Shown here: positions 1-8,466 of the stretch, piece by piece
How the letters are laid out: every line of letters begins with the position of its first letter
Position numbering within the stretch: position 1 is the first letter of the stretch
Origin: Patescibacteria group bacterium
Lineage (GTDB): Bacteria; Patescibacteriota; Patescibacteriia; SBBC01; CAIJZX01
DNA: 64,000 nt
Direction of reading: 5' to 3'
Assembly: GCA_038065275.1 (NCBI GenBank)
Contig: JBBTRH010000005.1
Span: forward strand, 103,195 to 167,194
Notes under the pieces: model-generated
Databases searched by the model: none
Told to the model about the DNA's origin: nothing
Seen by the model: the letters and a program-made list of their open reading frames with translations, nothing else
Made by a program: the position numbers and the translations under genes

Positions 1-172
1 GACAATAGAAATCGACGATGTATCGACCAATGCCAAACTGCCGTCTAAATCGCCAGCCGTGAAGCCGGTCGTTCTTAAGAAAACGCCAAAGCCGCTGTTC
101 AGCCGGCGTGGCAGTACGACGCAGTTGCCGGCGAAGAGATCTGTGAGATGTGAGATTATACAAACGTGGCAT
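1..172 (-). CDS. DUF559/Vsr-like (YcjD-family) endonuclease, 5' part; runs off the window start
   Basis: Manual translation from ATG at 172 (not in the ORF track): MPRLYNLTSHRSLRRQLRRTATPAEQRLWRFLKNDRLHGWRFRRQFGIGRYIVDFYC. This matches the family pattern LR..T.AE..LW..L....FRRQ..IG.YIVDFYC. Confidence 0.85.
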   Translation of the reverse strand, partial: MPRLYNLTSHRSLRRQLRRTATPAEQRLWRFLKNDRLHGWRFRRQFGIGRYIVDFYC

Positions 173-236
173 GACCCATTTAGTGAGCCAAGCCACAATT
201 GATTGTTAGTACGTTCAGGATATTCTGTCAACCCCC

Positions 237-295
237 ACCCCACCCCGGCGCACGGCACCACCCCTCCCTAATCAGGGAGGGGACGGGGGTGGGGT
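237..295. repeat. Nested GC-rich palindrome (CCCCTCC...GGAGGGG family) between pilC and the DUF559 gene
   Basis: Inner hairpin CCCCTCCCT-aatc-AGGGAGGGG (261-282) within outer arms ACCCCACCCC/GGGGTGGGGT. A related hairpin lies at 63771-63793. Confidence 0.7.
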
Positions 296-1506
296 TACGA
301 AATCGCGCTCGACAGATTGTACATCGGCAGGAGGATGGCCATCACGATGACCGCCACCGCGCCGCCCATGATGACCAGAATCAGCGGCTCGATGATGCTG
401 ACCAGGTTGGCCACCATGTTTTCCAGCTCCTTGGCGTAGAAAGCGGCCAGCTTGTCGAGGACGATGTCGAGCTTGCCGGTCTGCTCGCCGACGATGATCA
501 TCTGCGGCAACATCGGCGGCACGACTTTGCTCTGGACTAGGGTGGTGGCGATCGAGTTGCCGGCTTCGACTTCTTGGATGGTTTGCAGGGTCAGTTCTTT
601 ATAGACCACGTTGCCGATCACGTCGGCCACGATTTCCAGGGCCTTCGTGACCGGAATGCCGGAAGCGATCAGGGTCGAGAAACTGCGCGAGAAGCGGACC
701 AGGTAGATCTTCTCGAAGATGGCGCCGAAGACCGGCAGGTGGAATTTCAGCACGTCATACTGCCGGCGGCCGGCCGGAGTCCGCAGGTATAGCCGTCCGA
801 CCGCGACGGCGATGCCGCCGACGGCGATTAACAACCACCAGTAGTGGATCAGAAAGTCGCTGGTGCCCATCAGGGCTCTGGTGGCCAGCGGCAACTTCGC
901 CCCGCCGGCGATCAGCGCGTCGGTCAGCTTCGGGATAACGAAGATCATCATCAACACGCCGATGACGATCATCGCCCCGAGGATGAAGCCGGGGTAGATC
1001 ATGGCCCCGCGAATTTTCCCTTCCAAGTCGTAGTCCTTTTCCTGCTGGTCGGCCAGGTAGTTCAGCGTCTCGTCGAGTTTGCCGGTGGTCTCGCCGGAGC
1101 GGATCATGTAGATGAAAAAATCGGAGAAGGCCTGGGGGTAGCGGGCTAAACTGGACGACAGTTTCGCACCGCCGTCGACTTCGTCGGCCACCTCGGAAAT
1201 GATGATCTTGAAGGTGATGTTCGAGGTTTGCTTGACCAGGATGCGCAGGGCCTGGACGATCGGCACGGTGGCCGAGATCATCACCGCCAGCTGGCGGGCG
1301 AACAGCACCACGTCCTTTTTCGGCACGCGGTTGAAGAACCCTAAGGACGATTGGAACAGCGTGTTCCGTTTCCGTTCGTTCAGCGACACCACGGTCATCC
1401 CCCGCTCTTTGAGCGTGTCCTGCGCGACCGCGTCGTTCGGCGCTTCGACCGCGCCGGTGATGGTCGCGCCGACGTTGTCTTTAGCTTTGTAGTCGTAGAC
1501 GGGCAT
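295..1506 (-). CDS. pilC: Type IV pilus inner-membrane platform protein PilC (GspF family)
   Basis: Two GspF repeats (FARQLAVMISA...GETTGKLD; FSRSFSTLIASG...GEQTGKLD), IYP motif, C-terminal EP...AILLPMY. Confidence 0.95.
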   Translation of the reverse strand: MPVYDYKAKDNVGATITGAVEAPNDAVAQDTLKERGMTVVSLNERKRNTLFQSSLGFFNRVPKKDVVLFARQLAVMISATVPIVQALRILVKQTSNITFKIIISEVADEVDGGAKLSSSLARYPQAFSDFFIYMIRSGETTGKLDETLNYLADQQEKDYDLEGKIRGAMIYPGFILGAMIVIGVLMMIFVIPKLTDALIAGGAKLPLATRALMGTSDFLIHYWWLLIAVGGIAVAVGRLYLRTPAGRRQYDVLKFHLPVFGAIFEKIYLVRFSRSFSTLIASGIPVTKALEIVADVIGNVVYKELTLQTIQEVEAGNSIATTLVQSKVVPPMLPQMIIVGEQTGKLDIVLDKLAAFYAKELENMVANLVSIIEPLILVIMGGAVAVIVMAILLPMYNLSSAIS

Positions 1507-1677
1507 CCCGTTAGAAGTTTATAAAGTTATTGGGAACTTGATTCACGGACTGGTGACGGCCTAGCCCCGCCGCTGGATTACATACATAAGTCCATGTGAA
1601 CCGCCAGTGGTTAAAAGGGAGAACGGTCGTTGTTAGAAAATAATTTGTCATATAATTTTTCCAAACTTCTAACGGGG
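1507..1677. mobile_element. CCCCGTTAGA-TIR element copy 1
   Basis: Arms CCCGTTAGAAGTTT and AAACTTCTAACGGGG exactly fill the gap between the pilT stop and the pilC ATG. Internal 46-aa minus-strand ORF at 1511-1651. Confidence 0.8.
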
Positions 1678-2748
1678 TTAGCGAGTTGTAAGTTTTAGGT
1701 TGCTAGGATCCTGGGCGTTCTGGAGGGCGTCGTCAAGAGTGATCACGCCGGTGGCCACCAGTTGCGCCAGCGACCGGTCGAGCGAGATTAGGCCGGCCTC
1801 GCGGGAGGTTTGCAGGACGTTGCCGAGCTGGAACAGCGCCCCGTCGCGGATGACCGCCCGGACCGGCGGAGTCGGAACCATCACCTCCGTGACCGCCACC
1901 TGGCCGCCGCCGATCCGCGGCAACAGACGCTGGCTGACCACGCCGGCCAGCACGCCGGCCAGTTGGGTTCGGATTTTCCCGACGTCGGTGGAGGGGAAGC
2001 TGTTGAGGATCTTTTCGATGGTGCCCAGCACCGAGTCGGTATTCATGGTGGTCAGCACCAGCCGGCTAGCTTCGGCCGCGTCGAGGCTGGCGGCGATGAC
2101 CGAAGGCGCGGTGATTTCGGAAATGACGATGACGTCGATGTCTTCGCGGCTGGCGGCGATGATGGCCTGTTCGGAACTGAGCGCGTCGCGGCCGATTTCA
2201 CGCTGTTCAATCAAGCTCCGGTTATTAACGAACAGGTACTCAATCGGCTGTTCGATGGTGACGATGGTCACCGCCCGCGTTTCGTTGATAGTGTTGATAA
2301 TGGCGTTGAGGGTGGTCGTTTTCCCCGCGCCGTATGGACCGGTGATCAGCACCAGCCCCTTGGTCAGTTTAGCGAAGCCGGCCACCACCGGCGGCAGGTT
2401 AAGGTCTTCGATCCGGCGGACGGCCGCGGAGATGACGTGCATGGAAATGGCCGGCGAGCCGCGCTGGTAAACGGCGGTAATCTTGAAGCGCGCCTGGGGA
2501 TTGAGGCTGAAGGCGGTGGTCACTTCTTTCTGGGCCGCTAGCTGTTGGCGCTGGGGGTCGGTCAGGACCGTCTTGGCCACCAGGTCGATGAATTCCGGCG
2601 TGATGATCTGTTCGTCTTCCAGCGCTTTTAATTTACCGTCGATCCGCAGGGTCGGCTGGTTGCCGACCACGAAGTGCAGGTCCGAAGCGTGCCAGCCGGC
2701 GGCAGTGGTTAAGATGCGGTTAAAGGAAATGGAATCCGTCGCTCCCAT
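1678..2748 (-). CDS. pilT: PilT/PilU-family retraction ATPase with degenerate motifs
   Basis: ASDLH motif, Walker A GPYGAGKT, TIEQPIE, SQRLLPR, AIRNLIRE-like PVRAVIRD. The His box is absent. Confidence 0.8.
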   Translation of the reverse strand: MGATDSISFNRILTTAAGWHASDLHFVVGNQPTLRIDGKLKALEDEQIITPEFIDLVAKTVLTDPQRQQLAAQKEVTTAFSLNPQARFKITAVYQRGSPAISMHVISAAVRRIEDLNLPPVVAGFAKLTKGLVLITGPYGAGKTTTLNAIINTINETRAVTIVTIEQPIEYLFVNNRSLIEQREIGRDALSSEQAIIAASREDIDVIVISEITAPSVIAASLDAAEASRLVLTTMNTDSVLGTIEKILNSFPSTDVGKIRTQLAGVLAGVVSQRLLPRIGGGQVAVTEVMVPTPPVRAVIRDGALFQLGNVLQTSREAGLISLDRSLAQLVATGVITLDDALQNAQDPSNLKLTTR

Positions 2749-2750
2749 AG

Positions 2751-3143
2751 TTAGCGCCGTGATTTCAGTTGACGTTTAATCTTGTCCACCACTTCGGACG
2801 GCATAAAGTGGGCTTTGATCAAATAGTCGGCCGCCCCGAGGTCGAGTCCCTGGCTGACGTCGCCTTTCTGGCCCAAATTCGTCAGCAGGATGACCGGCAC
2901 GTCGCGCAGTTGCGGGTCGCCCTTCATCCGGCGCAGGACGTCGAAGCCGTTCATCTTCGGCAACAGGATATCGAGCAAGATCAGGTCCGGCCGCAGTGAT
3001 TCGGCTTTGGCCAGTCCGGCGGCCCCGTCCGTGGCCAGTTCGACTTGGAAATGCTCCATCGTCAACTTGGTGACGTACATACCGGCCAGAAAGGTGTCGT
3101 CCTCGATCAGGAGGATGATGGGTTTGGTGCGGGTGGTAGGCAT
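2751..3143 (-). CDS. Single-domain response regulator (receiver)
   Basis: ILLIEDD, PDLILLD (phospho-Asp), PVILLT, GAADYLIK. Confidence 0.93.
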   Translation of the reverse strand: MPTTRTKPIILLIEDDTFLAGMYVTKLTMEHFQVELATDGAAGLAKAESLRPDLILLDILLPKMNGFDVLRRMKGDPQLRDVPVILLTNLGQKGDVSQGLDLGAADYLIKAHFMPSEVVDKIKRQLKSRR

Positions 3144-3155
3144 AGGCGTGGGTGG

Positions 3156-4910
3156 TTAGGCGCGGGTGACGTCCAAAACTTCGGTGATCGTGGTCAAACC
3201 CTGGAGGGCCTTGAAAATGCCGTCTTGTTTCATCAGGAACATCCCCTGGCCGACAAATGACTGCTGGATATTCTCGATCATGTCGCCGCCGGAGACGATG
3301 ATTTTCTTGACTTCGTCGTTGATGGCCAGCACTTCGGAAATGGCCACCCGACCCTTGTAGCCGGTGTTTTCGCAACGGACGCACCCTTGACCCTGCCAGA
3401 ACTTCAACGGCCGCTTGAGGGACAGGCCGGCGGGAATGGCGGCCGGCGTCAAGGCGCTGACGGCTTTGAGCACCTCGGCTTCGAGATCCGGCGGGATGTC
3501 GGTCGGCTGTTTACAGTACTGGCAAACCCGCCGCACCAACCGCTGGGCCATGACCACGTTGAGGGACGAGGAGATCAGAAACGGTTCAATTTTCATGTCG
3601 ATCAGCCGCGGCACGGCCCCGAAGGCGTCGTTGGTGTGGAGGGTGGACAGGACGATGTGCCCGGTCAGGGCGGCGTGGACCGCCAGGGCGGCCGTCTCGT
3701 TGTCGCGGATTTCGCCGACCATGATGATGTCCGGGTCTTGGCGCAGGATCGATCGCAGGCCGGCGGCGAAGGTCAGGCCGACCTCGGGATTGACTTGCGA
3801 CTGATTGATTCCCGGCATGTAGTACTCGACCGGGTCTTCGAGAGTAATGATGTTGACGCCCTCTTCGTTCATGATGTTCAACAGGGCGTAGAGGGTGGTC
3901 GACTTTCCGGAGCCGGTCGGACCGGTGATCAGGAACATACCGTGCGAACGGGTGGTGGCTTCTTTCATCACCTCCAGGTTCCGGCCGTCGAAGCCGAGAT
4001 TCTGGAGATTAATCAAGTTGGAGGAGGTGTCGAGAATGCGCATCACCACCTTCTCGTTGTTGATCAGCGGCAGGGTCGAGACGCGGTAGTCGATGTCGCG
4101 GCCGTCGATGGTCATGCGGAAGCGGCCGTCCTGCGGGACGCGCGTCTCGTCGATCTTCAAATTTGAAAGGACTTTGATCCGCGCCACCAACGACGAGTGG
4201 ACGTGTTTCGGCAGGATCAGCGAGGTGTGAAGGATGCCGTCGATGCGGTAGCGGATGCGGGTTTCGTTGCCGACCGGTTCGATATGCACGTCCGAGGCTT
4301 TGCCCTCGACCGCGTGACGGAGCACGACCGAGACGATCTTCGACACCGGCGCCGTCTTGACGATTTCTTCCAAGCCGGTGTCCGTCAGGTTGACTTGCTC
4401 CAACTGCTTGGCGGCGCCCTCCTCCGCTCCTTTGAGCGCTTCCTCGACTTCGGCCGATAGGCTGGCGTACTGCTGGAAAATATACTTCAAGCTGGCGCCG
4501 GAAGTAATGAAGTACTTGATCGCCAGGTTTTCCTTGCGGGCGATGAACTCGATGGCTTCCAGGGCCTGGAAATTCGTCGGATCGGCCATGGCCACCGAGA
4601 CGTCGTTGCCATCGCGGGCGAAGGCCACCATCCGGTAGTTGGTGGCCAGTTCCTGGGGGATGATGTTGAGGATCTCGGCCCGGACGATCTTGCCGAACAG
4701 ATCGACCGCCGGGATGTTGTACATCACCGACTTGGCCTTCGTCAGGTCGTCTTCACGAACCGCGCTCGACCGCTCGATGAAAGCGTCGATGGTTTCGTTG
4801 GCCTGCTGAGCCTGGGCCTGCAGTTCGCCGAGCTTGGCCGGGGTCAGGATCTTCTGCGCCAGGAGGATATCGGCCAGGCTCTGGGCGGCAGTCAGTCGGG
4901 GCAGAGGCAT
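3156..4910 (-). CDS. pilB: Type IV pilus assembly ATPase PilB (GspE family)
   Basis: ASDVHIEP, PQDGR, GPTGSGKST, LRQDPDIIMVGEIRD, GHIVLSTLHT, CQYC/CVRC zinc motif. Confidence 0.95.
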   Translation of the reverse strand: MPLPRLTAAQSLADILLAQKILTPAKLGELQAQAQQANETIDAFIERSSAVREDDLTKAKSVMYNIPAVDLFGKIVRAEILNIIPQELATNYRMVAFARDGNDVSVAMADPTNFQALEAIEFIARKENLAIKYFITSGASLKYIFQQYASLSAEVEEALKGAEEGAAKQLEQVNLTDTGLEEIVKTAPVSKIVSVVLRHAVEGKASDVHIEPVGNETRIRYRIDGILHTSLILPKHVHSSLVARIKVLSNLKIDETRVPQDGRFRMTIDGRDIDYRVSTLPLINNEKVVMRILDTSSNLINLQNLGFDGRNLEVMKEATTRSHGMFLITGPTGSGKSTTLYALLNIMNEEGVNIITLEDPVEYYMPGINQSQVNPEVGLTFAAGLRSILRQDPDIIMVGEIRDNETAALAVHAALTGHIVLSTLHTNDAFGAVPRLIDMKIEPFLISSSLNVVMAQRLVRRVCQYCKQPTDIPPDLEAEVLKAVSALTPAAIPAGLSLKRPLKFWQGQGCVRCENTGYKGRVAISEVLAINDEVKKIIVSGGDMIENIQQSFVGQGMFLMKQDGIFKALQGLTTITEVLDVTRA

Positions 4911-4914
4911 GCGA

Positions 4915-5196
4915 TCAGCGGAAGGGGTTGACCTGTCCGCCGTCGCGGTTGGCGTCGGCGTTGACGCTCATATCATACGACTTGAGAGTCGTGTAGCGCG
5001 GATCGTTGAGGATCGATTCGCCGAAATTAGTGATGACGGATTTAGTCCGGTTGGCGGCATTGGCGTTGCCTTCCAGGCCGCGATCGGTCAGGAAGAATTC
5101 GCGGAACAGGACGTAGCCGATGCCGGCCACCGCGATCACCACCGCCGCAACGATGACCAGGCGGGAAGCGTGGGAACGTTTTTTTGCTAGGGCCAT
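4915..5196 (-). CDS. Small membrane-anchored pilus-operon protein (PilP position)
   Basis: N-terminal TM helix, C-terminal NPF motif, located after the pilMNO-like genes. Confidence 0.6.
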   Translation of the reverse strand: MALAKKRSHASRLVIVAAVVIAVAGIGYVLFREFFLTDRGLEGNANAANRTKSVITNFGESILNDPRYTTLKSYDMSVNADANRDGGQVNPFR

Positions 5197-5200
5197 ACGA

Positions 5201-5887
5201 TTATCGTGGCGGGAGGTAGTAAGTCCGCAGGACCAGCGACCAGCCGGCGGCTCCGCCGCCGGGTTGACTGCCGCCGGTAGAGTCGGCGCCGCCGGCGCTG
5301 AAATTGACCGCGATCACGTCGAACAGGCGCTGGCTGGATTCGATCCGCGACAGCAGGCTTTTGAAGGCGTCATAGGACGTCCCGCCGGATACGGCGATCG
5401 CCACGTCTTGCGTCCTCAAGTTGACGCCGCTGACGGTCGCCGCTTGCACGCTTGACGAACCGCCGTCTTTGCCGGCCGCGGCGGCCGATCCGGCCGACCC
5501 CGCGGCGACCGCCAGCTGTCCCCCCTGACCGACGGTGATGCTGTCCAGCGTCAGCCGTGATTGCGTGACGATGTTCTTGACCGTCAGGATCAAACCCGGC
5601 CAATCCGGATCGGATGGGATGAAGTCGTCGATGTTCCGCCGGCGGTCGGTCGGCAACAGCGTCGAGAACTTGGCGTTCGACTGGGTCAGGGCGGCGGCGT
5701 AGTCCTCCTGGGATTTCAGTTCGGCTTCCGCATTTTTCCGGGCCGTGACTTGGCTGGTCTGGATCTCGGTGATGATCGGCGCCAGCACGATCAGGTAACC
5801 GGCGACCAGGACGATCGCCGCCACCCCGCTGATGAGCCAGCGGAAGTAGTCAGTCAGCGCTTTGATGATGATGGTGGGAGTTTTCAC
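5201..5887 (-). CDS. PilO-like alignment protein
   Basis: TM helix plus coiled coil, SYDAFKSLLSRIESSQRLFDV motif, operon position. Confidence 0.75.
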   Translation of the reverse strand: MKTPTIIIKALTDYFRWLISGVAAIVLVAGYLIVLAPIITEIQTSQVTARKNAEAELKSQEDYAAALTQSNAKFSTLLPTDRRRNIDDFIPSDPDWPGLILTVKNIVTQSRLTLDSITVGQGGQLAVAAGSAGSAAAAGKDGGSSSVQAATVSGVNLRTQDVAIAVSGGTSYDAFKSLLSRIESSQRLFDVIAVNFSAGGADSTGGSQPGGGAAGWSLVLRTYYLPPR

Positions 5888-6864
5888 GGCGATGAGGGTA
5901 ACGACGGACCGGACGGCGTTGATGTATTGGTTGGCGCCGCCGGCGCGGGACCGGTGGATGGGGAACCGCTGGCTCGGTCGAATTCATCGGCGGTCATAGT
6001 AAAGTCGTTCGGCCAGAGCGTCATCGAGACGGCGAAAGTGGTCTTGGGCTGGCCCTCTTTCGTGGCCTGGCTGGCCGCGCCGGTGATGGAAAAGGCGCTG
6101 ATGAATTTCTGGTCGCGGACCAGTTGCTGAAAAATCAAGTACTGCCGGGCCACCTGTTCATAGCCGGTGGTCGTCGCCGTCAAGGTCACGGTGCCGTTGA
6201 GATCGCCGCTGAACGAGGGGCCGTAGGTCACCTCCGGCAAGGTGTACCGCTCGAGCAGGGCGAAAAACTTCGTCCAGCGCGTGTGCCGATCGACCAGCGA
6301 ACGAATGGCGCTGAGTTTTTGCACCGTGACGGCCGCCTGTTGCTGATCCTGGGCCAAGCCGGCGATGCGCTCTTTGACCGCCGTCAGGCGCTGTTCCGTG
6401 TCGGTGATGTGTTGCTTGACATTTCGCTGGTAAACGGCCAAGCCGCCATAGGCCAGGCCGACCACCAGCAACGCCCCGAGGGCGACGGCGCCCAGCAGGA
6501 TGCCGCGGCGGCGCGGATTGACCGTCGTGATCAGGTCTTCCGACAGCAGGTTGACACGATACGAAAGGTCGTCCTCGTCCGGCAGGGGAATGACGGCCGG
6601 CGCCGGCCGCTTTGATTCCGTTAAAATCCGTTCACTGCCCCTTGTTTTTGTGATCATCATTCTGGCCGGGGGCGAGACCGGCGGCGGCATCGGCGTCGTC
6701 GGCAACGGCCGCGGACGGCGGTTGAACAGGGATTTAAAAACGCCCCCTAAACCTTGGCCGGATGCGGCGGCCGGGGTGGTCAGCTCGGTCGGCCCGGGCG
6801 GCATCGGTTTGGCCGCCTGGGACGGGAGTTTCTCAGTGTCTTTGAGCAGATTAACGTCAGGCAT
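5884..6864 (-). CDS. PilN-like alignment protein with Pro-rich N-terminus
   Basis: VNLL motif present twice, TM helix, coiled coil, W..FF..LE..TLP; directly follows pilM. Confidence 0.75.
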   Translation of the reverse strand: MPDVNLLKDTEKLPSQAAKPMPPGPTELTTPAAASGQGLGGVFKSLFNRRPRPLPTTPMPPPVSPPARMMITKTRGSERILTESKRPAPAVIPLPDEDDLSYRVNLLSEDLITTVNPRRRGILLGAVALGALLVVGLAYGGLAVYQRNVKQHITDTEQRLTAVKERIAGLAQDQQQAAVTVQKLSAIRSLVDRHTRWTKFFALLERYTLPEVTYGPSFSGDLNGTVTLTATTTGYEQVARQYLIFQQLVRDQKFISAFSITGAASQATKEGQPKTTFAVSMTLWPNDFTMTADEFDRASGSPSTGPAPAAPTNTSTPSGPSLPSSP

Positions 6865-7036
6865 CCCCGTTAGAAGTTCATTTAGTAAATCGAATTTCCA
6901 CTCGCGAACAGCCGGCTACCCAACCCTAACGCTGGGAACCGCGCCAAGTGCCTTGTTAGCGGACAGAGGTTGGGGACAGAATTTTCATAACTAATTGACA
7001 ATATTTCCATATTATTTTTCTGAACTTCTAACGGGG
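6865..7036. mobile_element. CCCCGTTAGA-TIR element copy 2
   Basis: Perfect 16-bp IR CCCCGTTAGAAGTTCA/TGAACTTCTAACGGGG exactly between the pilM TAA and the pilN-like ATG. Confidence 0.8.
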
Positions 7037-8101
7037 TTAGGTCGGGAGCAGTTCACGCATGGCCAGGCCGATGGCTACCGCGAAGCGCGGGCCGATTTCC
7101 TGCAGGGCCGGTTTCAGCTCGACCGGATAAACTACCCGCGCCCAGGGGTCGCCGATGAAGGTTTTGATGGACAAGGTTTTTTCCAGGTAGGCCGGCAGGT
7201 TGAGCAGGAAGGCCGAGCCGCCGCTGAGCACGATGCGCTGAATCGGCCCGGCCCCTTGCGAGCGGTAGAGGTTAAGCACGAACCGAATCTCGTTGACGAT
7301 CGAACTGATGATGAACTCGACCGTCTTCGGCACTTGCGAGACCTGGCTCTGGCTGACGCTGAGGCCGAAGTCGCGTTTGAATTGCTCGGCCCGGCCGTGG
7401 TCGACGTTCAAGCTCTGGGCAATCGATTTGGTCATGGTGTTCCCGCCGACGTCGATCGAACGGTTGATCAGCGGGATGCCGTCAACCACCACCGCGATGT
7501 CGGTGGCCATGGCCCCGATGTCGACGATCATCACCGGCGCCGGATCGGTGCCGATCAACGACCGTTCGAGCGCCAAGGCTTCGGTTTCCAAATCGACGAT
7601 CTGCAGACCGGCGGCTTTGAAAATGTCGATGTACCGCCGGACCAGGGTTTTCGGAGCGGCGGTGATCAGGACGCGGAGGTTCTTCGGCGCCGCCGGACCG
7701 GCCGGCGCCGGGTGGGTGTCCTTGAGCAGTTTCCAATCCAACACCAGCTCATCGATCGGCATCGGCACGAATTTCTTGGCTTCCCAGCGGACGGCCGAGT
7801 TCAGCTCCTTGCGGTTCATCAGCGGCAGACTGATGATCGAGCTGAAGACGGTGAAACTGGGCAGAGCGGCCACGGCCCGGGTGGTCGAGACTTTGGCCTC
7901 GTGCAAGACCGTTTTTAAAGCGTTGGCCGCGGCCTCGCGGCTGGTGGCGGCGTCATTTTTGACCACGTCGGTCGCCTGCTCGATGTACCCGTAGGTCATC
8001 AGTCGCGGCCGCTGGTTATCTAACCCAAGTTGGACCGCCTTAATGCCGAAGGTCCCGATATCGACGCCGACGAAGCTTTGTTTCGGATTGAATGTTGCCA
8101 T
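7037..8101 (-). CDS. pilM: Type IV pilus assembly protein PilM
   Basis: VGVDIGT..IK, IVDIGA, RSIDVGG, IVLSGGSA, AVAIGLAMR. Start moved to ATG 8101, downstream of the promoter. Confidence 0.93.
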   Translation of the reverse strand: MATFNPKQSFVGVDIGTFGIKAVQLGLDNQRPRLMTYGYIEQATDVVKNDAATSREAAANALKTVLHEAKVSTTRAVAALPSFTVFSSIISLPLMNRKELNSAVRWEAKKFVPMPIDELVLDWKLLKDTHPAPAGPAAPKNLRVLITAAPKTLVRRYIDIFKAAGLQIVDLETEALALERSLIGTDPAPVMIVDIGAMATDIAVVVDGIPLINRSIDVGGNTMTKSIAQSLNVDHGRAEQFKRDFGLSVSQSQVSQVPKTVEFIISSIVNEIRFVLNLYRSQGAGPIQRIVLSGGSAFLLNLPAYLEKTLSIKTFIGDPWARVVYPVELKPALQEIGPRFAVAIGLAMRELLPT

Positions 8102-8164
8102 AGGCCAGGTTCCCGAGCGTTTGTCCACATCGGGCCGCTTAGAAACGATTTTTGAAGCTGTTTG

Positions 8165-8193
8165 AATATAGCACAAAAAGGGCTTGCCGTCAA
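8165..8193 (-). promoter_or_regulatory. Sigma70-type promoter of the pil operon
   Basis: TTGACG-17 nt-TATATT, preceded by TGTGC (extended -10). Confidence 0.7.
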
Positions 8194-8215
8194 AATTCGC
8201 TTCCTTCGGTTCAAA

Positions 8216-8314
8216 CCCCGTTAGAAGTGGGATAAATTTGTAGAAGCTGGTATCAAATAATCCGCTAAATTCCAAACAATTACAAAAAGAATGTTTCGGC
8301 CACTTCTAACGGGG
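8216..8314. mobile_element. CCCCGTTAGA-TIR element copy 3
   Basis: 15-bp IR CCCCGTTAGAAGTGG/CCACTTCTAACGGGG flanked by the direct repeat TCAAA (8211-8215 and 8315-8319). Confidence 0.8.
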
Positions 8315-8343
8315 TCAAACCACTAGCGCAAAAGGTGTCGGCG

Positions 8344-8456
8344 TGTAATTGGTGTTGGTTACCGCTATCACTTCCCCCTCGGCTTCGCCGTATCCCCCTT
8401 CTGAATTCAGAAGGGGGACGCCAGGGGGAAGTGGCAATCTCCCCCAGCGCTTCCAG
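8344..8456. repeat. ~110-bp dispersed nested-palindrome repeat, copy A
   Basis: Near-identical to 40024-40136. Core TCCCCCTTCTGAATTCAGAAGGGGGA lies inside CACTTCCCCCT/AGGGGGAAGTG. Confidence 0.85.
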
Positions 8457-8466
8457 GCACCGGCCC

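Noticed and set aside
8102-8160. Riboswitch in the pilM leader
   Set aside because: The leader is short and I could not match it to any known aptamer by eye; an Rfam search would be needed.
8102-8275. N-terminal extension of PilM
   Set aside because: It overlaps the promoter and TIR copy 3; PilM homology starts after ATG 8101.
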